64,000 nt of DNA. Source: Squalus acanthias. Its lineage: Eukaryota. The notes below the pieces were generated by a model that did no database searches, was not told where the DNA came from, and was given only the letters and a program-made list of their open reading frames with translations. The position numbers and the translations under genes were made by a program. Below are positions 37,540 to 50,783 of the stretch, in pieces (the stretch's first letter is position 1; every line of letters starts with the position of its first letter). The stretch covers positions 26,104,001 to 26,168,000 of the forward strand of contig CM059433.1 in the NCBI GenBank assembly GCA_030390025.1. The letters are read 5' to 3'.

Positions 37540-37865
37540 CAGTCTTCTTCGGCAGCACCTCCCAAACCCGTGACCTCTTTCACCTAGAAGGACAAGGGCA
37601 GCAGGTGCATGGGAACACCACCACCTCCAAGTTCCCCTCCAAGTCACACACCATCCTGACTTAGAAGTATATCACCGATTCTTCATCATCGCTGGGTCAA
37701 AATCCTGGAACTCCCTACCTAACAGCACTGTGGGAGTACCTTCACCACACGGACTGCAGCGGTTCAAGAAGACGGCTCACCACCACCTTCTCGAGGGCAA
37801 CTAGGGATGTGCAATAAATGCTGGCCTTACCAGCGACGCCCACATCCCATAAACGAATAAAAAAA
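37540..37865 (+). mobile_element. 3' end of a non-LTR retrotransposon (further copies at ~46120-46395 - and ~50545-50685 -)
   Basis: tggaactccctacctaac (WNSLP); aataaa; A-rich end; three dispersed copies. Confidence 0.7.
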
Positions 37866-40315
37866 GACACTGTTCATCTACAAATCATTAAAAAATATAT
37901 ATATATTCTGGCCCCAAATATTTGCAAACTGGGTATTGAAGTTTTGGTTACAATCTCTGACAATCCTTTATATAAAAATGTAAATACAGTGGCCCTGAAA
38001 TTCAGCGAGGGTTCTACTCGCCTCCCGCTGTAACTCAGCAGAAACCTCAGAAAGATGAGCGTTTTAACCCTGACTGTCTGGCGGTAGTTGGGTGGGCAGT
38101 TAAAACGCCTCGGGTCACTTACCCGCTGGAAATCCACCCGAATCCCGGCATTTTCCATTATAATGGAGGCTTCTGGACAAGCAGCTAAGTCGCTTGGTCA
38201 AAGTCAGTGGGGTCTTAATTGACATATGCTAATTGCGGTCCGATGACGATTTCGGACCCCAACCGCGATTTTAACTGCGGGGAAAGTCGGCATGAAGAGG
38301 ATCGGGAAGCTGAAGAGGCTCACCAGGTAAGCTTTTTACTTTCCTTTGTGGAGCCAGGAGAAGCAGAAAAGCTCCTTCGGGTGCCAGGAGGAAAGTTTAG
38401 GCTTTACCTGCTTTGGACTTTTTCCCCTTCCCTATGGAATTCCCATCCCCACACTTATCTCAGTGGTGTTGGTGGGCAGCCAAGGTCACTCGATTTTCCA
38501 TAAGCTGCCACCCATGTTAATGAGGCCCGTGGTTAAAATCATCATGGGCAGCCAGGAAACGAACTGAAATGGAAGCTGACTGGCAGTTAAAAATCATAGA
38601 ATCATAGGATGATACAGCACAGAAGGAGGCCATTCAGCTCATCGTGCCTGTGCCAGCTCTTTGAAAGAGCTCTCTAATAATCCCACTCCCCTGCTCCTTC
38701 CCCATAGCCCTGCAATTTGTCTACTTTAAGTATTTATCCAATTCACTTTTGAAAGTTGTTATTGAATCTGCTTCCACCATCCCTTCAGGCAGAGCATTCC
38801 AGATCATAACAACTCACTAAGTAAAAATCAATTCCCCTCATCTCCCCTCTGGTTCTTTTACCGAGTACCCCGTACAAAGCCGTTTTCAGCTGCTCTGCCC
38901 ATTTTACTCAGGGTTCTGCCGATCTCCCATCAGAGTTACGGCTGGAAACTGGTAGAATCCCTGCAGAGTCTCGGGGGTGGCAGTTTCTTACTATGTGAGC
39001 CCTCCTGATTGAATGTTTATTAAAACAGCACAACAATGTAATGTAGCTGCACCTGCAGGCAACAGCACATTTAACAGGATACACAGTATTTAAGCTTTCG
39101 TCCAATGATTTTTCATTGAAGTTTCCGCTAGAAGCAGGCGGGGACCTTCTTCACGTGCAAAAGTCTCAGCCCAATGGTGACATCAGAGCCGCGACTTATT
39201 TGTAACCTCAGTACAGGGGAAGTCCTGCGCTGTCCGCTCCCTGGCAGGAGTGCCTTCCCCAAACCCTCACAAGGAAGCATTCGGCTTTCCCAGTCCCAAC
39301 TGCCCCGCTCCAGATCGCAGCTCGGATCTCCCCCACACCCCCCGCACTGCCCGAGACCGTTCCCACAGGCCCCCAGCTGTGGCCTCCTGCTGCTATATTT
39401 CTGCTCTGCCCGTCAGCTGGGCAGTCAATCTGTCCGGCTGTTAGCCGAGAGTCAGCACAGAAGTATATAAATGAGGCCCTGCTGTTAATATAGCAGGGGA
39501 TCTCCACGTCCCCGGCCATGCCGGATTCTTCACCCGCTACCGGCTCTCTTCTCGCCTCCCTGTTAATATCGGGACCATTGTGGTCTAAATGTGGTGCCCT
39601 TCCACCACCCCAGGTGAGATCAGCTAACGCAGCACAGAATGGGAATGAAAGCAGGACCATTTCTCACCTATATGCTCAGCCACTCATAGCATAAACTTGA
39701 TGAGCCACTGGGGGAGCTCTCTTTTTCCATATGGACAGGTGCTATAGCATTGAACTCCTTCGACAGACACCAGAGAATGGATTACTGCCTTGTACAGCAT
39801 TGAGCGACTGACGGATCACAGTCCCCGATTTCAAAGCTCAGCATCAACTGACTTTTCTACTTATTGTGTGTCAAATTGTGGAGAGGCTGGAGTAGCTCAT
39901 CAGTTTTAGGGAGTTGGAATGAAAGACAAGTTAAAACTAACAGAAAACCAATTCGCTGCTGTGAGACTGACTTCAATGCAGACAGCACTAACAGCAGCTT
40001 TGCAAAAATGTCTTTACGATCATCCCACAATCTCAGCTAATAGCGGGCACAGGTTAATCAGCAACAGTTTTACAATCACTGTTATCAGAAAATAATATTT
40101 TGCTTTTGTTTTCACTCTTAAGTCCCTGATAATGTGTAATGATGATATATCGATTTACAAAGTAAACACTAAGATTAGTTAAATGGATAAAATCAATTCT
40201 AAAATGGTTTATTTTTAGCCACAGATGTACATAGTCAGAGTTAATTACTTATTTAATTGATCTAGGATCTGCCTATCACAAAATGCAGTGTGCAATCTGA
40301 TTGGGAATGATTCAA

Positions 40316-40931
40316 AGGCTGGAATTGTAATTTGGAGGTGGGTAGGGAGCGGGGGGATGGGAGGGGCTAGAAAGTGGTTGGAAAACCCGGGAGAATGTGT
40401 TTCCCGCAGGCCCTGCTGAATTTAACGGCAGGGCCTGATTTGCATTTTCAATCTCTGTGTCCCGCCCGCGGCCAGTCAGATGGAGAGGCAGGCTGTCGGG
40501 GGGGTAGGCCAGCGGAACCAGGCCGCAAAGAGAAGGGAGAGAGGTATTGGGGGGGAGGGGGGGGGCGGATGCTGGAGGAGGATCGAGGCCTGAAGGGGGG
40601 AGGCTGGAGGAGGATCAGGGCTGGAGGGGGGAGATCGGAAGACCGGAGGGGGGAATCGGAGGCCAGAGGGGGGGAATCGGAGGCCGGAGAGGGGTCGGGG
40701 GCCGCAGGGAGGATCGGGCGCCGGGGGCCAAGAATCGAAGGTCGGTGGGGGTGAACAGAGATCAGAGGTCTCGTTGGTGGGGAGGGGGTTGGCTGCCCAC
40801 CCCTCATCCTGCTTCCATTAAAGCCGGAAGTGAGGGGGTTGGAGGCGGGTTGGGTTCGGGATTCAGTTTTTTAAATCTTCAACCTCCCACCCGACCCCAA
40901 CCCACCTGTTTATTGGGGTTAAAATTCCCCA
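40316..40931. mobile_element. Harbinger-type MITE with a low-complexity G-rich core
   Basis: Right part is the reverse complement of the left part of 46559-47200; aaaattcccc end. Confidence 0.6.
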
Positions 40932-41214
40932 CAAAATGTGGGTAGACTTGCTGGCCCCATGTATTAAACTCTCCGTCTAGTTCAACAATGTGGTAAATAT
41001 TACAGTAACTGTAAATATAACAGTTGTTCTCATCTGCAAAATGTTAGTCAACAGCCTAAAGAAAGCTAACAGAGACAAAATTTACCAAGGAATAGGGATT
41101 ATTTTGCAGATTGTGAACCTTTATTAGTAAAAGGGACAGTGAACAGTTGAAGTGGTAAGGAAGCCAGACATCTTGGGAAGTGAAAGCAATATAGGTGAGT
41201 GCCAACAAGACGGA

Positions 41215-41570
41215 AAGAAAGAACTTTCATTTATATAGCGCCTTTCATGACCTCAAGACATCCCAAAGCACTTTACGGCCAATGAAGTACTTTTGAAGTG
41301 CAGTCACTGTCGTAATGTAAGAAACGTGGCAGCCAATTTGCACACAGCAAGCTCCCACAAACAGCAATGAGACAATGACCAGAGAATCTGTTTTTTTGGT
41401 GATGTTGAGGGATAAATATTGGCCAGGACACCAGGGTGAACTCCCCTGCTCTTCTTCGAAATAGTGCCACGGGATCGTTGAGAGGGAGGAGATGCGGCAT
41501 GGGTTTAACATCTCATCCAAAAGACTCCCTTAGTACTGCACTGTGGTGTCAGCCTAGATTATGTGTTCTC
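41215..41570 (-). mobile_element. Deu-domain SINE
   Basis: Reverse complement of the 34977-35570 body and tail. Confidence 0.75.
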
Positions 41571-42764
41571 TGGAACGAGACAAGTAAGATTAAAGAGAAA
41601 ACAGAAATGAAAAAAATTCTTGGGATTTCCAGCGCAGGAATGTCAAAATTGCTCATATTATAACATTATAGAAGAAACAGGATTAAATCTCAGTGGAAAG
41701 AATAGTAGTATCTTGCAACATATCGAGGGAAATTTTGTAAGACCCAATGTTGCCAGCCAATGAAGATCGGAAATTCATGTGCATGCTACCTGTGATTTTC
41801 TAACCAGTAAAATGAAGGGATGGATAAACACAGGTAGGTGCCCGTGAATTTCCGATCTATGCCTGCTGCATGTGGGCCCCACAAGTGGTGCAAAGTCTTT
41901 CGCAAAATTTGCCCCATGAAATCGGAGAGCAGCAGCTGTTTCAGGAGCAAAGATCAGAGTAAGAATGATGAAGAATCAACACGTACGTCGACAGACCGCA
42001 GGTTCAGGATTTAGCGCAGAGTACGCCGTCATACCTACCGCAAAATCCGGGCCACTGTGAAATAGTGTGCATTACATTAAAAAATATGATGATAATTGGG
42101 AATGATTCACCCACTAGATTAAATTAGATTAAGTTTGCAAATGTTCTCCATAGAACTGGAAGCAATAAGCTACAGCTGGTGTTCATGTATGACATGTGCA
42201 TAATACTGTATTGTCACAGATATCATACTATGTTGTGCAATATATTGTAATAGTATGGTATGTGCTTTCAGATTGTGTAAAATTGCATTAATGCAGCTTG
42301 GTAGAGTGTACATGTGAGGATAGATACTCTGCAAAATGCTCAGGTTAGAAATAAAGTTTATTCAGACTCTTAGTCCAATGACACCAATTAGGTTTGTAGC
42401 CATTATGGTTTTAGCTTTTTGGGAGTCTCAGATACACAAAGATTGCATGAAGTAGTACCAAGCTATGTAATCTCTCTTCAATTACAGAATGCCATAAAAC
42501 AGCCTGCAATGAGAAAGTGTAACTGCAAACTGTTGTCAAAAAGCAGCGATTGCATAAAGCATGTGGGAGATATGTATATGAGATGCATAGAACACAGGCC
42601 ACATATGTTATCAACCTGGGCTGGCTTATTTATGTCACATTCTGCAATGATGTCTTTTCTTACAATAGCTAAATGCTGTTTGTATGTGTACAAATGTACT
42701 TTCTCTGTGAGTACAATTTTTTGCACGTTTCCACCACCTCCACTTGCAAATAAGCAAAGTCATT

Positions 42765-43420
42765 GGGGGTAAATTTCCTTACCGTTTCTGGTGTGCTTCC
42801 TGTGCGGGAACGGCGTAAGAAACTTTTTTTTGTAAGGAAATTCAGGTGGAAGACGTTTAAGTGGGTGAATGGTGTGCTGGTGTCCAGGGTGGGCAAGGAA
42901 GAAAAGGGAGATGCGCAGTATGTTACCTTGTCTTCCCTGTTGAGGATGTGGAGTATATTGTGGCACTGTTCTATAGTCTTGGGTGAGGGCATTGACAGTC
43001 AATGCCACCTCCCTCCAGGTGGCACGAGTGATAATTCTGGGTGACTTGGCAACACCCACACCCAGGTGTCTGTTAGTCCTGCCTTCAATGCCCCTGAGGA
43101 GAGTTTGGAGATCTGGATGAGTGAAGATGTGTGTCCCTCTCCCTGGCTTGATGCCCTGCTCTACTGCCCTCTGGGCACAGATGGTGCTTGAGTGGTGATA
43201 ATTCTGTACAAGGGTAATAAAAATATTGCTGTAACATATAGTGAAGTTCTTAGAGAATGAAGTGAGGGAATCAAGCAGTGTTTCTCTCTTACCCGTTCCC
43301 CCAGTCTGATACTGGAGTGTAGGCTGACCTGCCTTTTGAAAGCCTGCACAGAACTTTCCTGGTAGTTCAACTGCTTTACGCCAGTTTTACGCCAATGATA
43401 ATGCAAATACACAGACCCAG
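42765..43420 (-). mobile_element. Degraded Harbinger derivative carrying a Myb exon-1 remnant (~43150-42925)
   Basis: gggggtaaattt TIR; RGTHIFTHPDLQTLLRGIEGR...RATWREVALTVNA...RTVPQ followed by a gtaac donor. Confidence 0.6.
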
Positions 43421-43961
43421 GAAACTTGTGTAACTGCCTCTAGAGGTCACCGGCAGCCGTAACATTTTTTTTTAAATGTGCTCATTTCAAGATATAGCTC
43501 ATTTCAAGGAAATTCTAAGCCATTATATTTATCAAGGTTGCCTCTGCACTGCCAGTTAAAGTTTAAAAAAAATCTTCAACCTGTGATTGATTGCACAAGC
43601 TTTCCAGTTTTTTTAATTGCAATACCCCGCCCCCACCACCACAGCCATAACAATGCTGAATGCTGGGACGAACAGCTGGGAAATTGGAGGCCCTAAAGAA
43701 TTAGCTGGGACCCGACAGAACAATCCTCTGACCCATTCGTCACTCCTGACCAGCTCTGTTCCATCAAAAAAATGGTGGCAAGAGGGATAAAAACTGTGGC
43801 TCCCATATCCAAAGGGCCCTCTAATGTTGCCTCCTGCCTAAGACCACTCTTTATCTTGTCATCTCAGGGGATGGTGGTTTGTGTCAGCTTCACCTCTGAC
43901 TTCTGAGCGGTTCGAATCACTCCCACTCCCTTGGTTCTAGACCTTGGACTTATTTGGGGGT

Positions 43962-45230
43962 TGTGACAAAAAGTGCAGCAGACAACTGAGTTTGATGAAA
44001 GAACTTCGATCTTTATTCAAGAAAGTAAAACACAACACAAACACTCTTAACACTCTAAAAGTGGGGAACACTTCGGTACAAACGAGGGAAATAACATTAG
44101 AAGAATACTTCACCCCTCCCAATCCCACTTCCCTAGCTAAGTTGGACTCTGGAGAACCAGGGATAATGCTCACCAAATGAATCCTTGACAGTTGAGCTGG
44201 TTCATGGTTTCGGGTTCGCTGGATTGGATCAGGTGAGTACCCACTTTTCCTCTGTTAGAGATAGGGTTTAGAGTCTTTTTAAGTAAAAAGTTTCGTAAGG
44301 CCCTTGTTGCCGCGAGGTGTCCGATGGTCACTGAGGCGGTCGCTCTGGTTTCTTCTTGCGTGTCGGCCTGCTTCTGGAGCTGCTGGCCTTCTTTGTTGAA
44401 CTTCTTTCTGTTGCCCCCTCGCCTTGTTGAACTGTCTTCTTCAGAGCTGTGGAACTGCCTTCTTGCAGAACTGTGGAACTGCCTTCTGCCGGACTGCTTG
44501 CTGAACTCCCTGCTGCTTGCTGTAACTGTGTAACTGCTCCACCCTTGAACTTGTAGGGAACTTGTTGTAACTGCTGAACTGTGTACCTATACTGGAGAAC
44601 TCAAATTTGAACTGTTGAGAACGGGCCTTTAATTATACCCATTGAAGCTTCCTTATCTGCATGCCAAATCAAATCCTGGTCATTGTAAGATTTTGGAGGG
44701 CTCGTTAACAGTAACTGGTTTGTAAATGTGTGAAGTGGTTTCGGGATAGCTCCATCCTGTCGATCTGTTGTTTAGTTGTAGTTGAATTGTCCTCATGTTT
44801 TGGGTTTCTTGACTGGGCCTAGGATTTTCTATAGAGTAGGCCGAAGTAATCTGTTTTATGCATGTCTTTAATGGGCTCTGTAAATTTGGGTGGAGACTGT
44901 TTTTCCTCAGGTATTGTTAGGATGTTAATGTCTGCTAGGGGCCGATTTAATTCCCAGCGAGGTCATGCGGTTCCCCAGACAGTTCCCATTAACTCCAATA
45001 TCCAAACTGTCTTTACAGAGGTTGATCCCACCTTCCTTCACAGCCTTTTCTCCCTTACAAGCCCAGACATGTTTTAAAAATACCAAATCTTGGTTTTTGC
45101 TCTAAAATGTCCTTCGGTTTTTCCCAATGCATTTCACTACCCTGTAATAGTTAGAAAAGGAGTCCAAAGTCTTTTTCCTTAGGGTTTGTCTTCGAGTCAT
45201 GGGGGATCTGTGAATTTTGAGAATCTTACA
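43962..45230 (-). mobile_element. Probable solo LTR
   Basis: TG...CA ends (tgtgac / ttaca); AATAAA on minus (~44012); TATA-like on minus (~44630); internal short tandem repeats; imperfect flanks gggt/ggga. Confidence 0.55.
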
Positions 45231-46452
45231 GGGAGATGTGTCCACCTCAACTGATGGGAGATCATGTGCCGGGGGTTCACAATTTCCCGATATGCATTCC
45301 TGGCATGTGACAGGAAAACCAAAGCATTCTTAATGGAACTGCTTTCATTTAAGTCTACGGGGATTAGTTCCTTGGAGATGGATAGACACTGTTCATCAGC
45401 AGGGCCATTTTTCAGACTATGTGGCTTTGTAGTGGAGCTACTCGATTCTTGTTTAGGCCAACCCCACTTTAAAATATATAAATCAACAAAAACTAATGTG
45501 TACAGCAGTTATATTAGTTTGTTAACTATTACCAAAATATGCATGTGGATTACATTAATTAATAATCCTGAACATGCATTTCTTTGACTCCCATGTGAGA
45601 ATATTGCATTTCAAAGTTGACTGTGATCTTGGCACATTGGGAAAAGACTATTATCTAGTTGAAGAATCTAATGCAATACATGTGTTGTATAGATGTCTAT
45701 TAATTTAACTTGAGAATTGTACCTCTTAACCTAGCTTAATGTTTAATTGATAAAAAATACTGCAACAACTTGATGGCATGTTGGTAAAAAGCATTTGTCA
45801 TGATTTGAAAGATCTGTATTATTCTTTCTAATTGATCATTAAATACGACACAATAAAATTTGTTGGTATTCATTACTCATCATTTTAAAGAGAATGATCT
45901 AGTTTCTCAGCCTTTGTGCCTTTGGCAGGGCCTGGCCCTCTGCACTGTACAGAAATATCTTCCAGAGTGGTTTCTGATGTCTTTTAAAAACATCCAGACC
46001 AATGCATCCCTTCACCACTTTCTCATTGGGTGTGCAACGTTCCCAATATATGAGCTCATTCATCACTCCCATTTCCTCACTATCAGTGCCCACTTTGTTC
46101 TACTTAATTCATCTTTCTGTGTTTTTTTAATTCGTTTATGGGATGGGGGCATCGCTGGCAAGGCCAGCATTTATTGCCCATCCCTAGTTGCCCTTGAGAA
46201 GGTGGTGGTGAGCCGCCTTCTTGAACCGCTGCAGTCCGTGTGGTGAAGGTACTCCCACAGTGCTGTTAAGTAGGAAGTTCCAGGATTTTGACCCAGCGAC
46301 GATGAAGGATCAGCGATATACTTCCAAGTCAGGATGGTGTGTGACTTGGACGGGAACTTGCAGATGGTGGTGTTCCCATGCGGCTGCTGCCCTTGTCTTC
46401 ACACAATAAGCATAACTTTGAGGTTTGAGAAGCTGACACCGAGTCAACTGTT

Positions 46453-47232
46453 ACAAAAGCAAAATACTGCGAATGCTGGAAATCTGAAATAAAAACAGAA
46501 AATGCTGGAAACACTCAACAGTTCAGGCAGCATCTGTGGAGAGAGAAACAGAGTAATTGGGCTGAATTTTAGCACACAAAAATGGATTTGGGTCAGATGC
46601 TAAAAAAATTTAATCCAAACCCCGACCCCAACCCGCCCACTTCCAGGTTTTACGGAGGCGGGACGAGGGGCGGCCAGCCAACCCACTCCCAGGAGGTGGG
46701 TTGGCAATTTAAATATTTTAATGAGGCTGGCATCTTCTGGTTTTACAGCGAGCCTCGGGAAACCTGACAGCGGAAGTGAGGCGAGGACAGCTTTGGGGAT
46801 AAGTGCCTTCATAGCACTGCTTGTGGGCTAGGAGGAGCAGGAGTGCTACCCCGGGCCCACCAAGCTCTCCCCATCAGACCACCCCCCATACAAAGGCCCC
46901 CAAGGTCAGGGATCGGACCCGCCCGGGAACAGACAGCAACCACCCCCCCCCCCCCGGGGTCGGGGATCAGACCCTCCCCCCCAGGACGGGTCCCCCGCCT
47001 CTCCCCCCCGGGTCATGGATTGGATCTACCTGTTCCTGCGGTCTGTTCCTGAGTGCTCCTCGCCCGACTGGAAGCCAGGCCTGCCAATCAGGCTGACTTC
47101 CAGGTGGGAACCTGGGGAACCTGTCAGCGTCAAAATACGCACCGTTCAAAACTCCACCCCCCACCCCACCTACGAACCCATCCCTGTTAATATCCAGGCC
47201 ACCGTTTCAGGTCGATGACCTTTCATCAGAAC
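46453..47232 (-). mobile_element. Penelope family B 3' terminus, split by a MITE
   Basis: Reverse complement of 55786-55918; interrupted at 46559-47200. Confidence 0.85.
46559..47200. mobile_element. Harbinger-type MITE
   Basis: TIRs gggctgaatttt / rc ggcctggatatt; flanking Penelope sequence rejoins. Confidence 0.85.
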
Positions 47233-47589
47233 CAAATCACCTATTGTTGCCTTCAACAACCAAATTGTTATCCATCATCATGACAACGAAAGATCCACTA
47301 AGAATAGCAACAGGAACTTGGTGCTTTCATACAGCAAATCAAGTAAAACATAAAGTAAGTCAGTTTATCTGCTCCCACAAAACTTCTGGTCTAACCGTGC
47401 CATTAGCAGATTTCTGGGACTGGATCGTATACCAACTTATCTGTGCCAGGGAATGAGGTATGTTGAGTGAACAAAAACATTAAATTACTAAAATAATTTA
47501 TTAAAACTGAAATGAAATAAGAAGCTTTCTCTTGTGCTTTGCCATGACGTGTGAACAATCTACCTTCAAAAGAACATAAATTCATTGCA

Positions 47590-48790
47590 TAGGATTCAGA
47601 GAAGAACGGTAAGGCGATTCAAGAGCTTAGAGCTTTAAGTTAAGAAGAAAGATTATCAGAATTGGATTTGTTTTCTTTAGGGAAAGAAAGATTAAGAGGA
47701 GATGTAATCCAAATCTTTAAAATGATCAGGTATGGACAACATGTCAGTTTGGTTCCATTGGTAGCACTCTCAGCTCTCAGTCGGAAGGCTGTGGGTCCAA
47801 AATCTGAGCACATAATCTAGGCTGATAATCCAGTGCTGTACTGCCAGAGATACTATCCTTTGGATGAGACTTTAAAGTATAGTCTGCCTGTTCAGGCAAT
47901 CATTAAAGACCCCGAAGTGCTATTTGGAAAAGTAGGCAGGAATTCTGACCAACATTCCTGCTGCTGCCAACACCACTAAAAAAACAGACTAACCGGTCCT
48001 AAAAACATGGGGGGACAAATTTTTATTTTGGGGGATCCTGATGCAGAGCTTTGCATGCCAGGACCATACTTTGGGAATTTAAACATGTGCCTGATTCCCG
48101 TTACGCGTTCCCAGTGTGCAAATTTGCATTGGGAGAACAAAAGACAAAACTTACCCCCATTGCGGCTTTTAGGATTTTGCCACGTTCAAAATGGCTCCCA
48201 CACTTGCTTCCATAATAACAGTCAGTACAGTTCAAAGTAATTCATGTGAAGTGCGTTGGGACGTTTCTGGCAGATGTGATAAGGTGCCAAATAAATGTAA
48301 ATGTTTCTTTTAATTTGTAATTATAGAGCAGAATTAGAAGTCATAATCACAAAACTAATAAAATAAGTTTTAAGATCAGAAAAGTATTTTCTCTACAGGT
48401 TGTGGATATGTGGAATAGATTCCAAGATAAAACAGTCAATTCTGTGATAATTAACCTTTACAAAAAACAAGTTGGACAAATATCTAATTCAGAACGGGAT
48501 AGACAGTTGTAAGGATAAATACAAGCAGAGAAAATTGAACTCTGTGTGAAACATGATGGTTCCTGACCTAATGAAAATGCCATGCCAAGAAAGACAACTG
48601 GTCCAGGATGTATAATGTAAGGCTGGACAGGTATTATGGAGTTTTAATTGTTTAATCTTCGAGCCAGGGAGAAACTTAGCAGATCCTTTCCTAATGAGGT
48701 GAAATGGATTGATCAGAGTCCAAGATAGGTGCTGTATTCACCAGGATGGAACGAATGGGCCAAATGGTCGTTTCTTTCTCCGTACTTTTT
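47590..48790 (+). mobile_element. Old CR1 3' end, interrupted by a Deu-SINE (~47742-48310), itself interrupted by a MITE (48009-48157, TSD CAT)
   Basis: ttttctttagggaaagaaagattaagaggagat; ttggtagcactctc...ctgagcacataatctaggctga SINE head; gggggg...cccc MITE ends. Confidence 0.65.
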
Positions 48791-49213
48791 ATGTTTTTGG
48801 AACGTTACAAAGGATAATACGAGGCTAATATTAATATAAGCTTAACCAGATGACAGATGCAGACTTACTTTGAGTTGTTTCTGGAGTTATGCCCAATAAA
48901 ATCTCTGTCCCATAAAGCCAATTAGAACCATTGGTGAAGTGAACTTGACGGAGCTTTTGATAATTGCTAACTTGTCTTTAGAAGCATATTTGACCATAAT
49001 CTACACCTATACTTTTCCATCCACTTTACTTTCAGGGTTGTATTCAAACCTCCTCTTTCCCAGTAGATGCATGTTTAGCCTTCGGAATTTTGACTATGGC
49101 ACCCAATATTAGTTGATATTTTCAGTGTGCTTCTTTATCACAAAACAGCTCCTTTCTGAACGTCTCTTTTTATTTGTCACCTTTTCTCTTTTTTTCTTTC
49201 AGCAATAAATAAT

Positions 49214-49931
49214 GGCCCATAATTTCCGATAGGAGGCTTCCTGCGTGTGGATGCCTCGTATTGGGAAAAAATCTACGCCCTTACCTGAGGGCTCCCGAGG
49301 TCCGGCCATTTCCGATCCTGGGCCTCTCCACAGTCGAAATGCGCAGGGCCCACGTATCCCAGGGGGTGCATGCGGTTCGCAAGCGTCCCTGGGATCACGT
49401 GGGCCATGGGGAGCCAATGGGAGAAGGGAATCCCCCTTCATACTTTTGTCAAAAGTATGAATGGGGATCACTGAAAAAAGACATCAAAACATTAAATAAT
49501 TTTTTTTTAAATCACGTTTTTAAAATGAGTTAAAATTACATTAAATTAAATATTTTAAACAAAAATTTAATTTTTTGAAAAAAATAATTAAAGTTTTTTA
49601 CGGGGCTAAAAACAAACTTACCTTTTTTTAAAGTATTTTTAAATTATAAATGAGTGAAACATTTTAAAAAACTTTTTTAAACTCTTATGCTGGTAAAAAA
49701 GCAGCCTTTTACCAGGCGTAAGATTTCTAAGTGTTTTCTGCGGGCGGAGGTTCTGCAGAAAATGGAACTCTCCACCTGCAGAGGCCCCTCTCCAGGGCAG
49801 GCAGAGGATCTGTCAAGAGGATTCTTGACAGATCGGAAATGCCAGTTTTCAGCGCCTGTGCTTCGCATGCCTGAAACCAGCATTTACGATGTCCCTACGG
49901 GTGTGTACACAGTAATTTGAAAATACGGGCC
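49214..49931. mobile_element. Harbinger-type MITE with an AT-rich core
   Basis: TIRs ggcccataatttc / rc ggcccgtattttc; TSD AAT. Confidence 0.85.
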
Positions 49932-50783
49932 AATGTGTGGATGCAGTCATTTGAATCTCCTTGGCACCACTGCACAATTACCTTCTCAATTCTGACCTCT
50001 TGGGGCAAAATTGTGCTTATGAAATCTGCACACATGCACAGGGCAAATTTTGTGTAAATTTGCAAAATGTAAGTAATGGCACGTAACTTTGAACAGGGAT
50101 TTCTGTTTCGATACAGTGAGAACCTTACACTGTGACTCTGTAGGATGTTGCATTCTAACATCAATGTTATTTTAAAACCATCTTGAACAATGGAAAAGTA
50201 ATAGTTATAAAAATCTAAGTACAGCCAATGCTATCAGTATGATTACCATTTAAAGCATCAATGTCATTGAACATAAGTTTGTCCAGCAGATAGCCCTATC
50301 TTCAAGTGCATGCAGTCGTATTTTGTAAATAGAGAAATCTAACAATTCTTGTAGGAAATTCAAATATTCAGAGCACCTCATTGGCTCAGTGCAGTGTAGT
50401 ATTGAGTCATATAGATATGTCCAAATCCCTAATCTGTGCTGAGCTAGCTGATCTCAACTGGCGCCATGGGTGTGGTCACAAACATCAGACCTCCAAGCTG
50501 AACATGGGGAAATATGGCCAGGATTCCTGCTACCAATTTGTTTTTATTCCCGGGATATGGGTCACAGGCAAGGCCGACATTTTATTGAGAAGGTGGTGTT
50601 AGGCCTTCATCTTGAACCGCTGCAATCCTTGTGGTGAAGGTTCTCCCACAGTGCTGTTAGATATGGAGTTCATGGATTTTGACTCAATTACTATCCAATA
50701 ACTCTTTATGGAAGCATGCATATATGTGGACATAAACTTAAGACAGGACAAGACATGTGATGCACCCAATTTTCAGACACACA

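Noticed and set aside
44430..44600. Short repeats (gaactgtggaactgccttct) as a CRISPR-like array
   Set aside because: Irregular tandem repeats with no unique spacers, in eukaryotic LTR-like DNA
48863..48980. Minus-strand gtaagt donor with a short open frame (QVSNYQKLRQVHFTNGSNWLYGTEILL)
   Set aside because: Weak acceptor, upstream stop and no recognisable homology; would need RNA-seq
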